NCBI GenBank assembly: GCA_964016885.1
Contig: OZ024763.1
Coordinates: forward strand, 13,330,001-13,394,000
Length of the DNA: 64,000 bases
Reading direction: 5' to 3'
Source of the DNA: Eledone cirrhosa
Taxonomy: Eukaryota
Shown here: one piece after another, positions 46,515-60,690 of the stretch
Numbering within the stretch: position 1 is the first letter of the stretch
Layout: every line of letters begins with the position of its first letter
Position numbers and translations under genes: made by a program
Notes under the pieces: model-generated
What the model was told of the DNA's origin: nothing
Databases searched by the model: none
The model's input: only the letters and a program-made list of their open reading frames with translations

Positions 46515-47157
46515 AACCATGGGGATGTGTCTTGACATAACAGTTCAATGAGGTATTGACGGTGTATCAATTAATCTGTTCATTACCATATTTTTAATGA
46601 ATGACACTATCCTCTATGGTTTTCAAAAATTAAAAAAATAAAGATTTTGAAGGGGCTTACTAATATAACTAACATTCTCATTACTAAATTGATCTTTGGA
46701 ACATAACTTAATGAAGGTTTTTGCATGAAATTATGAATATAAATACTTTAACCCTTTTGTTACCATATTTCTAATGAAAGACATTGCCTCTGGTTTTCAA
46801 ATAATTTTGAAAATTATCAACGATTTGGAGGGATTTTGAAAAATAATTAAATGTCTCACTATTAACAGGGTGTTTGAAATATAATTTAACAAAGGTTCTT
46901 ATATAAAATTATGACCAAATTTCTAATGAAAGACACTCTATAATTTCCAAATAATTTTTTAAATCATCAAGAGTTTTGGTGGGATTTAGTAATATAACTA
47001 ACCTCCACTGTATCAAACTGGTGTTTGGAACATAACTTAACAAAGGATCTTACATAAAATTATGATGGAAGGGTTTTAAATAAATATAAACAGCTTCATA
47101 TCATAGAACAGCTTGAAGCTGTTTGGAGTCAAAAGGGTTAAATGCAATTTTTGGTTT

Positions 47158-47323
47158 AATAAAAGGTTTTCACTCCAGATTGTAGTAAAATCTATTTGTT
47201 TTGTGTACCATATACAGTTATTGGTATACACTGTCATGTTATACAAGGTCATGTTCAAGGTCACTTGTATATGAGGTCATGTGTACTCTTTAATTTCATT
47301 TTGGGTATTTTTGGTGGAATAAA
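47158..47323 (+). promoter_or_regulatory. Candidate polyadenylation signals for the RmlC/D gene
   Basis: AATAAA at 47158 and 47318, the latter followed by a T/GT-rich tract; 0.65-0.8 kb after the stop codon. Confidence 0.35.
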
Positions 47324-47378
47324 ATAATTTTCTCAAGCAATTTCTGTTGTTTGTTCATTTTTTTCCTGTAATACAACA

Positions 47379-47522
<144 letters not shown>

Positions 47523-48011
47523 TATGTACTGGTTACAGACCTGCCAACCTCTAAAAACCCAAACAGGGAGTACCATGAAAAAAAAGGTCGCAAAACGGGG
47601 AGATTTTTACATATTGAAAGCTATACCCGTTTTCCCAAGAAAAGATATCTCTTGCCCACTCTAAAGAGGGTGGAAGATCTCCCTATCGGATGGGAAGAGT
47701 TGACAGGTCTGTGGTTAGTAATGAGTTAAACCAAGAAGGAACATGGAGCGTTCCAGTAGTAATAAATAGCCAACCATGCTTCCTGAGATTCGCCAACACT
47801 ACACCTAATATTCCCCCTCCATACACACACACACACATGTATATCATGACTCATACACTATTCACTTCCCTGACATTTGTATATTATTCTATGTACTATA
47901 CATGCACCTTTGACGAGTTGTAGTGCACCTGAGCACTGTACACAATCATTTCATAAGAACAAAATGTAGACAGCATCCCGAGGCCGAGGTATTCCGTACT
48001 TCTCTGTAATG

Positions 48012-48046
<35 letters not shown>

Positions 48047-48134
48047 GGAGGTGAGTTTTATTGTGGTACAATAAAGCAATGCAGATATCAGATAAGAAGC
48101 ACTCTACAGTTTGTAGGACTGGAGTATAAATAAT

Positions 48135-48448
48135 ATATAAGATCAAAAGATGGTTAAAAGAGTTCCATGTATTTTATTATGCGCATTTCAAAAACAAATA
48201 TCATCATGCAATAACATTTGCGTTTTCGTCAGATAAAATAGGGAGACATGATATGAAGGTTAAACACACACTTGTGAATAGTGCAGTTGATTTAAAACTG
48301 CACTATTCACAAGTGTGTTTTAACCTTCATATCATATCTCCCTATTTTATCTGACGAAAACGTAAATGTTATTGCATGATGATATTTGTTTTTGAAATGC
48401 GCATAATAAAATACATGGAACTCTTTTAACCATCTTTTGATCTTATAT
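48135..48448. repeat. Long near-perfect palindrome, arms about 150 bp
   Basis: Centre gtgcagtt gattta aaactgcac; arms match out to ataagatcaaaagatgg / ccatcttttgatcttat. Confidence 0.92.
48343..48413 (+). ncRNA. Type I hammerhead ribozyme motif, with an inverted twin at 48170-48240 on the - strand
   Basis: tattttat-CTGACGA-aaac...gttttt-GAAA-tgcgca-TA-ataaaata. 8-bp stem I and palindromic stem III. Confidence 0.72.
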
Positions 48449-48822
48449 ATATATATATATATAATTATATATTCGTATACAGATATTTTTGCATACACAA
48501 TAACAAAACTTAAACAAACGTATTTATTCCATGAGGCTCAATAAGGATCATCATCATCATAATCATCATTTTACGTCCACTTTTCCCTGCTTGCAAGGGT
48601 GGGACAAATATATATCAAATATATAAGAACCCCAGAGCAAATCCCGAACAACGCTGGGCCAGCCTTTCATCCTTACAGGGTCGATAAAATAAAGTACCAG
48701 TAATGCACTGGATTATTGCTGGCCTTGTGCCAAAAGTAGAAACAATTATTAAAAGCAATAGAGATCAATTAAAGGGAGGTATCAAGTTGGTGGTCATGAA
48801 TTTTGCTGAGTTAAAGCACATA

Positions 48823-49125
48823 TACGAGGGTCAGACGAAAAGTTCATAGGCTGCCTATGAAGGAGTGATGCTAGAGCTGTGAAATCTTGCATGCATTAAT
48901 TTCAACTCTTCTTATTAATATCTGCATTGTTTCTATCCACTAACTATGTTGGAAAGTTCATAGGCTGACCAAGATACTCTCATGGAATGACCAAATGAGG
49001 TTTATTTTCCAACAGAGTCCCTGGATAGAAACAATGCAGATATGAATAAGAGTTGAAATTAATGCATGCAAGATTTCACAGCTCTAACATCACTCCTTCA
49101 TAGGCTGACAAAGATATGCTCATGG
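48823..49125. mobile_element. Mariner-like MITE with internal inverted repeat
   Basis: Begins TACGAGGG. About 48850-48940 is the reverse complement of about 49022-49105. Confidence 0.55.
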
Positions 49126-51603
49126 AATTATCTGATGGTGAGTAAATTAATATATGCAAAAAAGCACCCAGCCCACACTGTAAAGTGGACGTGTAGGCAC
49201 CACGAAAAAGCACCCAGCACTCACTGTAAATGAGGTTGGTGTTAGGAAGGGCATCCAGCTGTAGAAATCAAGCCAAATCAGTTCCTGTATGAGCAAGGCA
49301 TGGTCAGCCGACCAGACACTGCCCACAACAGGACAACCCGTCTAACCCATGCTAGCGTGGAAGAACGGACGTAAAACGGTGATAATGATGATGATGTATA
49401 TATGGAGGCACATGACTTAGTGGTTAGAGCATTGGCCTTGCAATCGAAAGGTTGTGAGTTCAATTCTCAGACCAGGTGATGTGTTGTTTCCTTGAGCAAG
49501 ACACTTTATTTCACATTGCTCCAGTTTACTCAGCTGTAGAAATGAGATGATAGGGACTGGTGTCCATATCATTCCACTGCAAAGTGGTCGTGGAGGTGCC
49601 ACGGCAAAAAATACCCAGCACTCACTGTAAATGAGGTTGGTGTTAGGAAGGGCATCCAGCTGTAGAAATCAAGCCAGAATCAGTTCCCATCCCACCCTTG
49701 CTAGCGGGGAAAAGTGGACATAAAATGATGATGATGATGATGATATATATACTCACACACAATACTTTCCTAATACTACTCTAAATTGGTAAATCCCAAT
49801 CTATATTTGAATGACAGGCTCATTCTACTGACAGGGTTTTAAAGAGACTGTTTGCATAATTGCAAACGAATTGAATATTATTATTAATATTTGAAAAACT
49901 CAGATTACAGTTATTATATTCAGCCATGTAGAGCGATAAACTATTTGTTAGTTATTGGAATATGGCAATCGCTTGTATACATGAAACTGACTGGCCTATC
50001 TGCTGATATGCAAACCTGGCTGATCAGTGGGTCTGCTAATATGCAGATCTAACTCATCAGGCAGTCTGCTAATATGCAAATCAGACCGATCAGTCACTGT
50101 ATATTTTAGAAAATATATATTTTCACTAGCTCTGACAGTTGGCAGGTAGGCAGTATACTGTACTAATGAAGTGAATCGCCCAGAAACATTAGTGTCTGCA
50201 GTTCTATTTACAGGAGCAAGAATGATGGGGTCATTCTACTGCCATGGCTTTAAAATTGAGGCTTGTTTGCATAATTGCAAATGAATCGAATATTACGATT
50301 AATATTTGAAAAACTCAGATTACTATATTGTATTCAGCCATGTAGGGCGATAAATTATTTGTTAGTTATATATATATATATATATATATTTATTTATGTT
50401 TGTTGGTTCACCACTGGATAGAACTGGTCATTCCGTTTGGTCAACCTTGATGTAATATTATGGAGAGCACTCGACGTAATACAACTTACCCGTCTTCGTT
50501 TGTGTTGTTGGTGGTGCGAGTACGGAGTTAATTATTGTAAAATAACAGGAGGCTGGACTGGTGTAATTCCTTAAAAGGTTTATTACACTATGATCATTTT
50601 AATGACCGGGTTCAGTATGAATCTAGTGACATCATCAGGTATTCGAAATATAACAAAGGAATATAATAGGCAAAATCTACCAAGTACCTTACAGAGTGTA
50701 TTAGGTACATTTTCCTAGCACTTGTACTAGAAAGGTTATTTATTGTCCTAACTGAATATCCCCTTCTGCTATGTGAGGGGTGGTGTGGAGAAAAAAGGGA
50801 GGGAAGTATGATGTTTTAGATGTATGGTAGGTGCAGGGGGATTCAACAGGTGGATGAGTGGGTGGGAAGGGGTGGCTTCTGAATGGACCTGTTATTTTTA
50901 TCTAAAGACGTTTTTTCCAATTCCAACTCACCTGTCCCTTCAATCTATCTTATTTCTCATTCTTTCTTCTGATGAAGGACTAGCATCCGAAACATTGAGG
51001 CCCTCTTCCTGCTATTTCAAGTGTTAACCTAATATATCCCTTCCATATACTGTACCGATTGTGTTGTTATTTCTGTTTACCTTTTACATACACACACGAA
51101 GACACACACACATATATATATATAAAAATAATAATAAATTTGGAGACTAAAATCCAAAGAGGGCTCAATAAGGATAAATATATATCAAATATATAAGAAC
51201 CGTAGAGCAAATATTTATTAAAATAACAGATTAAAGTTTAAGCAAAGAATCGCTGCTTTCACTCTTAATGGGATCTTCTGAAAGCAGCAATTCTTTGCTT
51301 AAACAATTCTTTGCTTAAACTATCCGGGAGCTTCCAACAGTAATGGTTGTATTCTTTAATCGTATGTCAATATTTATTTATAAAACTGCTCTATATTATA
51401 TTTTATCTGATGAAAGCACACCATAATTTAACTTGGTGTCCTTGGAATATGTATAATGAAATAAATATGGTTTTATAAATATAGTTTCCATTTGTTAATA
51501 TCGTATATATATATATACACGCGTGTGTGTGTGCGCGTGTGCATGTGCATATATGCATGTGTGTTTATATATGTATATGTGTATATATATACATATATAT
51601 CTG

Positions 51604-51634
<31 letters not shown>

Positions 51635-51789
51635 ATAAGAGCATGTTTTTGTTTATATCTAGTAACTTATGATTTGACAAAAAGAGATCATATGTATGTA
51701 TGTATATATATATATGTATGTGTGTAGATATGTATGTATGTGTAAAGTGGGATGTGAGGAAGGGCATTGCTGTTGCATTTCCAGACGGC

Positions 51790-52110
51790 GAAGGTCCTCC
51801 TATGGCGCTGACATGCAGCGTCTGTGCCAAGACTCTGCCTAAGGAAAGCTGGACTTGAAAGTCATCTTCGCAGTCATAAAGTAAGACCAGTGGTTGACTC
51901 CCAGGCTGCTGTTGGAGATGTTACTCATCATACTTGCCAAGCATGTGGTAGAGAATGTAAATCAGCAGGAGGGCTCAAACGACATGCAAAAGTACACAAA
52001 CTCCAACCACAGCCGACTATTCCCAGTGAATGTTTTGGTTGCCAACTTTGTGCAAGACATTTAGATCATTGGCTGGGCTAAAAAGCCACATTCGATCGCA
52101 ACGCTGCTAA
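51790..52110 (+). mobile_element. Decayed C2H2 zinc-finger tail, probably the 3' end of an RTE-type LINE
   Basis: GLESHLRSH, CQACGRECKSAGGLKRHAKVH and CQLCAR...GLKSHIRS with frameshifts and no splice context. Confidence 0.55.
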
Positions 52111-52145
52111 TTGCTATCGTGTGTGTGATTGTGTAGATATGTTTA

Positions 52146-52191
<46 letters not shown>

Positions 52192-52200
52192 AATGGATTT

Positions 52201-52261
52201 TTTCATTCTGATGACTGAAAGCAAATTTTGTTTGCTTTCAAGAAACCACTGGTAAGTGAAA
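52201..52261 (+). ncRNA. Type I hammerhead ribozyme motif
   Basis: tttcatt-CTGATGA-c tgaaagcaaa ttttg tttgctttca a-GAAA-cc act gg-TA-agtgaaa. 10-bp stem II and 7-bp stem I. Confidence 0.72.
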
Positions 52262-52368
52262 TAATTATCCTATATTGTTTATTACATAACTATATAACTA
52301 TATATATATATATGCATATTATTATTGTTGTTGTTGTCGTTATTATTATTGTTGTTGTGTGCGGTGAA

Positions 52369-53650
52369 TTGGCAGAATCGGTAGAATCGGACACCATGCT
52401 TTGAAGCATAGAGTTACGTCCCTTTATGATCTGAGTTCAAATCCTGCCGAGGTTAACTTTGCCTTTCATCCTTACGGGGTCGATAAAATAAAGTACCAGT
52501 AATACACTGGGTATTTGCTGGCCTTGTACCAAAAGTAGAAACAATTATTATTGTTGTTTGCCAAAAGTAGAAACAATTATTTGGCAGTATCGGTGGAGAG
52601 TCGGACGCCATGCTTTGCAGCACAGTTACGTCCCTTTACGGGCTGAGTTCAAATCCAGTCGAGGTTAACTTTGCCTTTCATCCTTACGGGGTCGATNNNN
52701 NNNNNNNNNNNNNNNNNNNNNNNNNNNNNNNNNNNNNNNNNNNNNNNNNNNNNNNNNNNNNNNNNNNNNNNNNNNNNNNNNNNNNNNNNNNNNNNNNNNN
52801 NNNNNNNNNNNNNNNNNNNNNNNNNNNNNNNNNNNNNNNNNNNNNNNNNNNNNNNNNNNNNNNNNNNNNNNNNNNNNNNNNNNNNNNNNNNNNNNNGGCT
52901 CATTCTTTTTCTTCTTTGCCTTCTTCTTCTACGTCTCCTTCTTCCTCGGGCTCATTCTTCTTTGTCTTCTTCTTCTAGCTCATTCTTCTTCTTCTTCTAG
53001 CTCATTCTTCTTCTTCTTCTGCTAGCTCATTCTTCTTCTTCTTCTTCTTCTTCTTCTTCCTCGGGCTCATTCTTCTTCTTCTTCTTCTTCTTCTTCTTCT
53101 TCTTCTAGCTCATTCTTCTTCTTCTTCTTACCCTTACTGGGTCGATAAAATAAAGTACCAGTCACGCACTGGGGTCGATTTAATCGACTTTCCCCTCCCC
53201 CAAAATTATTAGCCTTGTGCCTATATAAGAAACCATTATTATTGAGGTCTGAATTGGCAGTATCGGTAGAGGGTCGGACACCATGCTTTCTAGCATAGAG
53301 CTACGGCCCTTGCCATTCTGAGTTCAAATACCGCCGAGGTTAACTTTGCCTTTCATCCTTACGGGGTCGATAAAATAAAGTACCAGTAATGTACTGGGGT
53401 AAGTGCTGGCCTTGTGCAAAAAATAGAAACAATTATTATTGAATTGGCAGTATCGGTAGAGCGTCGTACATCATACTTTGCAGTATGTAGTTACATCCCT
53501 TTACGTTCTGAATTCAAATCCCGCCAAGGTTAGGTTTACGTTTCATTTTTACGGGGTCGGTGAAAGTACCAGTAATACACTGGTGCCGATTTAATCGACT
53601 TTCCTCTCCCTCAAAATTGTTGACCTCGTGCCTAAACCAGAAACCATTAC
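52369..53650 (+). mobile_element. Cluster of about five same-orientation SINE family A copies flanking the assembly gap
   Basis: Copies at about 52369-52548, 52581-52696, 53130-53240, 53254-53435 and 53444-53650. Confidence 0.8.
52697..52896. other. Assembly gap (200 N)
   Basis: Run of N characters. Confidence 1.
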
Positions 53651-53654
53651 TGGA

Positions 53655-53926
53655 CTCTGATTGATATTGCGATCTCTCGTGACCACAATGTGGCTGATTA
53701 GGAAATGGAAAAGATCAATAAGTATGCAGACCTTGCAGGTGCTATTAGAACTGAGCACCATGTAGAGACAGATGTCGTGCTAATCGTTATTAGGGCGCTA
53801 GATACGGTCCCTAAACACCACACGTCTTTCATCAAAAGCCTTGGGATCCCCGACTTCATAACCAGTGCCCAAATTTCTAACGTCTCTAGCATCGCCAGAA
53901 TCCTACACGATATACTGAGCCTCTGA
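53655..53926 (+). mobile_element. C-terminal restriction-like endonuclease fragment of an R4/Dong-like element
   Basis: LIDIAI..DHNV...EKINKYADLA...VVLIVIRALDTVPK...ARILHDILSL* resembles the EKxxKYxDL...PIVIGALG consensus. Confidence 0.7.
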
Positions 53927-54610
53927 GATATACTTGATATACTGAGCCTCTGAGGTATACTCGATATACTGAGCCTCTGAGGTATACTGAGCCTCTGAGA
54001 TGTACTTGATATACTGAGCCTCTGAGGTATACTCGATATACTGAGCCTCTAAGATATACTAGATATACTGAGCCTCTAAGATATACTAGATATACTGAGC
54101 CTCTGAGATATACTCGTTATACTGAGCCTCTGAGGTATACTGAGCCTCTGAGATGTACTTGATATACTGAGCCTCTGAGGTATACTTGATATACTGAGCC
54201 TCTGAGATATACTAGATATACTGAGCCTCTGAGGTATACTTGATATACTGAGCCTCTGAGATGTACTGAGCCTCTGAGTTATGCTTGATGTACTGAGCCT
54301 CTGAGATATACTTGATATACTGAGCCTCTGAGATATACTCGATATATTGAGCCTCTGAGATATACTAGATATACTGAGCCTCTGGGGTATACTTGATATA
54401 CTGAGCCTCTGAGATGTACTGAGCCTCTGAGTTATGCTTGATGTACTGAGCCTCTGAGATATACTTGATATACTGAGACTCTGAGACATACTAGATATAC
54501 TGAGCCTCTGGGATATACTCGATATACTGAGCCTCTGAGACATACTAGATATACTGAGCCTCTGGGATATACTGAGCCTCTGAGGTATACTAGATATACT
54601 GAGCCTCTGG
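53907..54610. repeat. 27/18-bp tandem repeat
   Basis: gatatactgagcctctgagatatact(a/t/c) units. Confidence 0.93.
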
Positions 54611-54898
54611 GATTAGGGACTGATCTGAAGCAAATTAACACATTTTACCTAGCAAGCTATTGCTAGAGAAACCTTACAAAGGAAAGAAAAAATATCATTG
54701 GTTTCTGATTTAGGCACAAGGCCGGCAATTTTGAGGGAGGGGAAAATCCATTAAATCGACCCCAATGCGTTACTGGTACTTTATTTTATCGACCCCCGTA
54801 AGGATGAAAGGTAAAGCTAACCTCGACGGGATTTGAACTCTGAACGTAAAGGTGGTGGGGTTGATGGTGGTAGGGGTGAGGATGATGATGGTTGTGGT

Positions 54899-55280
54899 GA
54901 TGGTTGTAGTAATGGTTGTGGTGCTGGTGATATGTGGTGGGGTTGATTGTGGTGGGAGTGGTGATGGTTGTAGTAATGGTTGTGGTGCTGGTGATATGTG
55001 GTGGGGTTGATTGTGGTGGGAGTGGTGATGGTTGTAGTAATGGTTGTGGTGCTGGTGATATGTGGTGGGGTTGATTGTGGTGGGAGTGGTGATGGTTGTA
55101 GTAATGGTTGTGGTGCTGGTGATATGTGGTGGGGTTGATTGTGGTGGGAGTGGTGATGGTTGTAGTAATGGTTGTGGTGCTGGTGATATGTGGTGGGGTT
55201 GATTGTGGTGGAAGTGGTGATGGTTGTAGTAATGGTTGTGGTGCTGGTGATATGCGGTGGGGTTGATTGTGGTGGGAGTG
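54899..55280. repeat. 64-bp GT-rich tandem repeat
   Basis: gatggttgtagtaatggttgtggtgctggtgatatgtggtggggttgattgtggtgggagtggt repeated about 6 times. Confidence 0.9.
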
Positions 55281-55619
55281 GGAGCGATGACGGTTGTGGT
55301 GGTGGTGCTGGTGTAGGCAGTGTGAGAGTGATGGTGGTGGCGATAGTGGTGGTAGTGGTGGTGGGGTTGGTGATTGTCACGGTTAGGTTGAAATGTTTTA
55401 CATCGAGTATGATAGGGCAAAAAAGCCAACAGACAAGTTATTATAAAAATGGCGGCGAGAAGGATTGAAAAACAGACGACATCGTGTCACGTGGTTGCTG
55501 GACCTTGAAGAAAAAAATTCACTCACTTCACCAAAATCCTCCATGTATACATACATATTTACATACATACATGCATACATATATACACACATAAATACAC
55601 ACACACACACATATATATG

Positions 55620-55701
<82 letters not shown>

Positions 55702-55750
55702 TAAATAAGTAGATGGATAAATAGATAATGTGTGCATGTATGTATATATG

Positions 55751-55781
<31 letters not shown>

Positions 55782-55782
55782 T

Positions 55783-55827
<45 letters not shown>

Positions 55828-55832
55828 GTATG

Positions 55833-55863
<31 letters not shown>

Positions 55864-55864
55864 G

Positions 55865-55947
<83 letters not shown>

Positions 55948-56043
55948 GGTATAGAAAGTAATGTAGCAAGAAGCTAACAGTATTCCATAATATATAAGTG
56001 ACTATAGCGTCAAAATGGGAAAATAGTTAACGTAAGATGTGGG

Positions 56044-56082
<39 letters not shown>

Positions 56083-56267
56083 AGTATATATATATGTGTG
56101 TATATATATATATATATGTGTGTATGTGTATATATATATATATATGTGTGAGTATATATATATATATGTGTGTGTGTGCGTGCGCGCGTGTGTGTGCGTG
56201 TGTGTGTTTCAAGAAAATAATTTGAAAATGCACTTTAGAGATATTTTGCGTGGTTAGAAATATGAGG

Positions 56268-56312
<45 letters not shown>

Positions 56313-56374
56313 CATAAAGAGAGAGAGAAAGACAGACACACAAACAGATAGATAGATATATAGATAGATAGATT

Positions 56375-57100
56375 TCTTTATTAGCCACAAGGGCGCACAA
56401 GAAAAGGGGACAATACAAAGACATGCCGGGGATTTTACATACAATCGTGTAAAAATATAAAAACAAACAATTACAACAATCGAAATCCCCAATAGGAGGG
56501 AGGCCCCACAAATGGGTTGTTTAATACCCCGTAGATAGAACAACCCTCAACTCCAGGAGCGTGTTGTGCAAGTGCTCCTTTCTTCCTTTTACTCTCTTCT
56601 TTAACCTACAGGCTTATAAACAGCGAAGGTCCAATCACTCGGGCCATTTTTGCTTCATTCACCCACCTTTCAGTAAATTTACTGGGGTGCAGTGCCTCTC
56701 TCTCCCCCCTGATTCTCCTTCTAAAGTGATACTTAAAGAAGGGAATCAATAGATAGATATATTTCTTTATTAGCCACAGGGGCACAAAAGAAGGGGACAA
56801 ATACAAAGGGGGAAGTTTACATACAATAAAAACGTGTAAAATGTTATCACAGATGGAATTTAAAAGTTAGTCGATTTTCCCCAATAGAGGGAGACAGTTT
56901 ATATGGGTAACACATACCCCCGAAAAAAAATGTGCAACCCTCATCTCCAGGAGTACGAAGAGCTTGTACTCCTTTCCTCTCCTCCTCCTTTTCCTCAACC
57001 TACAGGCTGATATAGAGAGAAGGAGGGCCCTGCAAGGCGATGGGTGAGGGGGAACGGGAGGTGGGCTTAGCAGAGATGGGGAGGAATTCTCGTTACGCTT
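56375..57100 (-). mobile_element. Two tandem 3' ends of an L1/Tx1-like LINE
   Basis: Duplicated end ttctttattagccaca at 56373 and 56763; decayed FFKYHFRRRIRGERE...FTERW ORF tail. Confidence 0.45.
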
Positions 57101-57119
57101 CGTTGCATCATTTCACGTT

Positions 57120-57351
57120 TTGGGTTCGTTCCCCAGCCTAGTTCACCATTGATTTTCATCGATAAATTTGGGATCGATTTAATCAAATGTTTCCCCCGCC
57201 ATAAATCATATATATAAATATATGTATATATATAATTTATATATATATAATTTATATATATATAATTTATGGCGGGGGAAATATTGCATTAAATCGATCC
57301 CCAATTTATCGATGAAAAACAATGGTGAACTAGGTTGGGAAACGAACCCAA
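57120..57351. repeat. Inverted repeat with arms of about 85 bp around an AT spacer; similar ones at 7275-7410 and 32427-32559
   Basis: tgggttcgtt..cccccgccataaat / atttatggcggggg..aacgaaccca. Confidence 0.88.
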
Positions 57352-57354
57352 TAA

Positions 57355-57397
<43 letters not shown>

Positions 57398-57478
57398 AAC
57401 ATGTATATGTACATCTATGTATATATACATATACATATATATATAATATATATATATATGTATACATATACATACATA

Positions 57479-57536
<58 letters not shown>

Positions 57537-57711
57537 AATACATATATGTATACATATACATACATATATATATGTGTGTATATGTGTATATATATATACA
57601 TAAATACATATATGTATACATATATACATATACATATATATATGTATACATATATATATGTATACATATAGATATACATATACAGCATATATATTTATAT
57701 ATATTTATATA

Positions 57712-57775
<64 letters not shown>

Positions 57776-57886
57776 ATATATATATACATATACATATATA
57801 TATATATATACATATACATACATATATACATATATATACATATATATATATATATATACATATATATACATATATATATATATATA

Positions 57887-57920
<34 letters not shown>

Positions 57921-58011
57921 TATATATATATATATATACATACATACATATATATATATACATATATACGTATATATATACATACATATATATATATACA
58001 TGTATATATAT

Positions 58012-58081
<70 letters not shown>

Positions 58082-58780
58082 TGCAAACTCTGCTAAGAGT
58101 ACTGCAATCGCTTGTCAGATTATAGAGTTTGGTGCACTTTTAGGCTACGGCCAATCACACGTACCTGTAACAGATCCTGAACAAGCAGTCCCTGGGCTTT
58201 GAAGGTTTTCTTAAGTGGGCAAAGGCCTTGCACTCGACCAATCCCATTCTCTGAGCATCGAAAACACTACCCGAAACGGAGAACTGGTCAACATCATCGG
58301 ATGCTTCGAAGCCGCAGGTTTTCTTTTTCAGAGTTTCCCTCTCCTAGAAAGGTGTTGTGACAACAACTGGGGGCCTTTCACTCCCAGGTAAAAGAAAAGT
58401 ACTATTTGGATGGCCCTTGACTCTGCCGAGTTCCTCCGCCCTTTACTGGGTCTTGTATTTCATCCCGCAGGGTGTCCCAATATCCCCCTCCTCATCAAGC
58501 AAGCTTGGTGGGGGTTGCCAGTTTAGTCGCCGACGACCCGACCATGAGACAGGTTGTACTGGGTTACATGTTACCAGTAGCAGTCGAGAGCGACCTGACA
58601 TATAAGACATGGACACACTAGAAGAGGAAGACCAAGGTTAACGTATGTTGATGCCCTAAGGACAGACACTGGTCTGTTGGAGACGCAGGACATGGCAGCG
58701 ATAATGAGGGACAGAGACCGCTGGAGAGAACTCGTCCATGGATCTCGGGAATTTTACCCGCCTTAGATAGATATACATAC

Positions 58781-58814
<34 letters not shown>

Positions 58815-58983
58815 TGATATACTTGGGGAGGGTCATATTGTTATAATATTGTCAGAAATAATAACAGAACACACTCACTGTTTGGTTTGGGTTGGTTTTC
58901 GCTTCTGTATCTTTTATATCTCCATAGTTAATTTATCTGGCAATCAATGTTTATCATTGATTGACCAACGGTTAAAAATACAG

Positions 58984-59026
<43 letters not shown>

Positions 59027-59129
59027 ATCAAAGTTCTTTCATCACACACCTGTGACATCATCAGTGGTACTATTATGTTGCCTCCCATTGTATTGTAATG
59101 TCTACACCATTCATCGACGTCATATATAT

Positions 59130-60690
59130 AACAACAACAACAACAATAACACTAACAACATCACCACCAACAGCAACACCACCACCCACAACAACACCAC
59201 CAACAACAACAACACCAACAACACCAACACCAACACCAACACCACCACCACCACTAACACCACCAACACCACCAACAGCACCACCACCAACAGCACCACC
59301 ACCAACAACAACAGCACCACCACCACCAACACCACCAACAGCATCACCATCAACAGCAATGCCAACAGCACCACCACCATCACCACCAACAGCACCACCA
59401 CCACCACCAACAGCAATGCCAACAGCACCACCACCACCAACACCAACAGCAATGCCAACAGCACCACCACCACCAACACCACCAACAGCACCAACACCAA
59501 CACCACCAACAGCATCACCACCACCACCAACAGCAATGCCAACAGCACCACCACCACCACCACCAACAGCAATGCCAACAGCACCACCACCACCAACACC
59601 AACACCACCAACAGCATTACCACCACCACCAACAGCAATGCCAACAGCACCACCACCACCACCACCAACAGCAATGCCAACAGCACCACCACCACCACCA
59701 CCACCACCACCAACACCACCAACAGCACCACCACCACCACCACCAACACCACCAACAGCATCACCACCACCAACAGCAGTGCCAACAGCACCACCACCAC
59801 CACCACCAACAGCAATGCCAACAGCACCACCACCACCACCACCAACAGCAATGCCAACAGCACCACCACCACCACCACCAACAGCAATGCCAACAGCACC
59901 ACCACCACCACCACCACCAACACCACCACCACCACCAACACCACCAACAGCATCACCACCACCAACAGCAGTGCCAACAGCACCACCACCACCACCACCA
60001 ACAGCAATGCCAACAGCACCACCACCACCACCACCAACAGCAATGCCAACAGCACCACCACCACCACCACCAACAGCAATGCCAACAGCACCACCACCAC
60101 CACCACCACCACCAACACCACCACCACCACCAACACCACCAACAGCATCACCACCACCACCAACAGCAATGCCAACAGCACCACCACCACCACCACCAAC
60201 AGCAATGCCAACAGCACCACCACCACCACCACCAACAGCAATGCCAACAGCACCACCAACAACAACACCAACAACAACCACCACCAACAACACCACCACC
60301 AACACCACCAACACCAACACCACCAACAACAACACCACCACCAACACCACCACCAACACCACCAACACCACCAACAACACCAACACCAACAGCACCACCA
60401 CCATCAACACCACCACCAACACCAAAACCACCAACAGCACCACCACCACCACCAACACCACCACCAACACCACCACCAACACCACCACCAACACCACCAA
60501 CACCACCAACACCAACACCAACACCAACACCAACAGCACCACCACCAACACCAAAACCACCAACACCAACAGCACCACCAACACCAACACCACCACCAAC
60601 AGCAACACCAACACCAACACCACCAACAGCACCACCACCACCACCAACACCACCACCAACACCAACACCACCACCAACACCAACACCAAT
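59130..60690. repeat. (ACC/AAC)n low-complexity array with about 33-bp aacagcaatgccaacagc(acc)n units
   Basis: Direct inspection of the sequence. Confidence 0.95.

Noticed and set aside
50600-50640. Hammerhead-like motifs at about 50610(-), 61235(-), 50970(+), 51407(+) and 32460(-)
   Set aside because: Core or stem defects (GAAC or GGAA instead of GAAA, or unpaired stem I). Counted only as degenerate relics, not as features.
51824-52081. Host C2H2 zinc-finger gene
   Set aside because: Frameshifted, lacks TGEKP linkers, and resembles LINE-terminal fingers.
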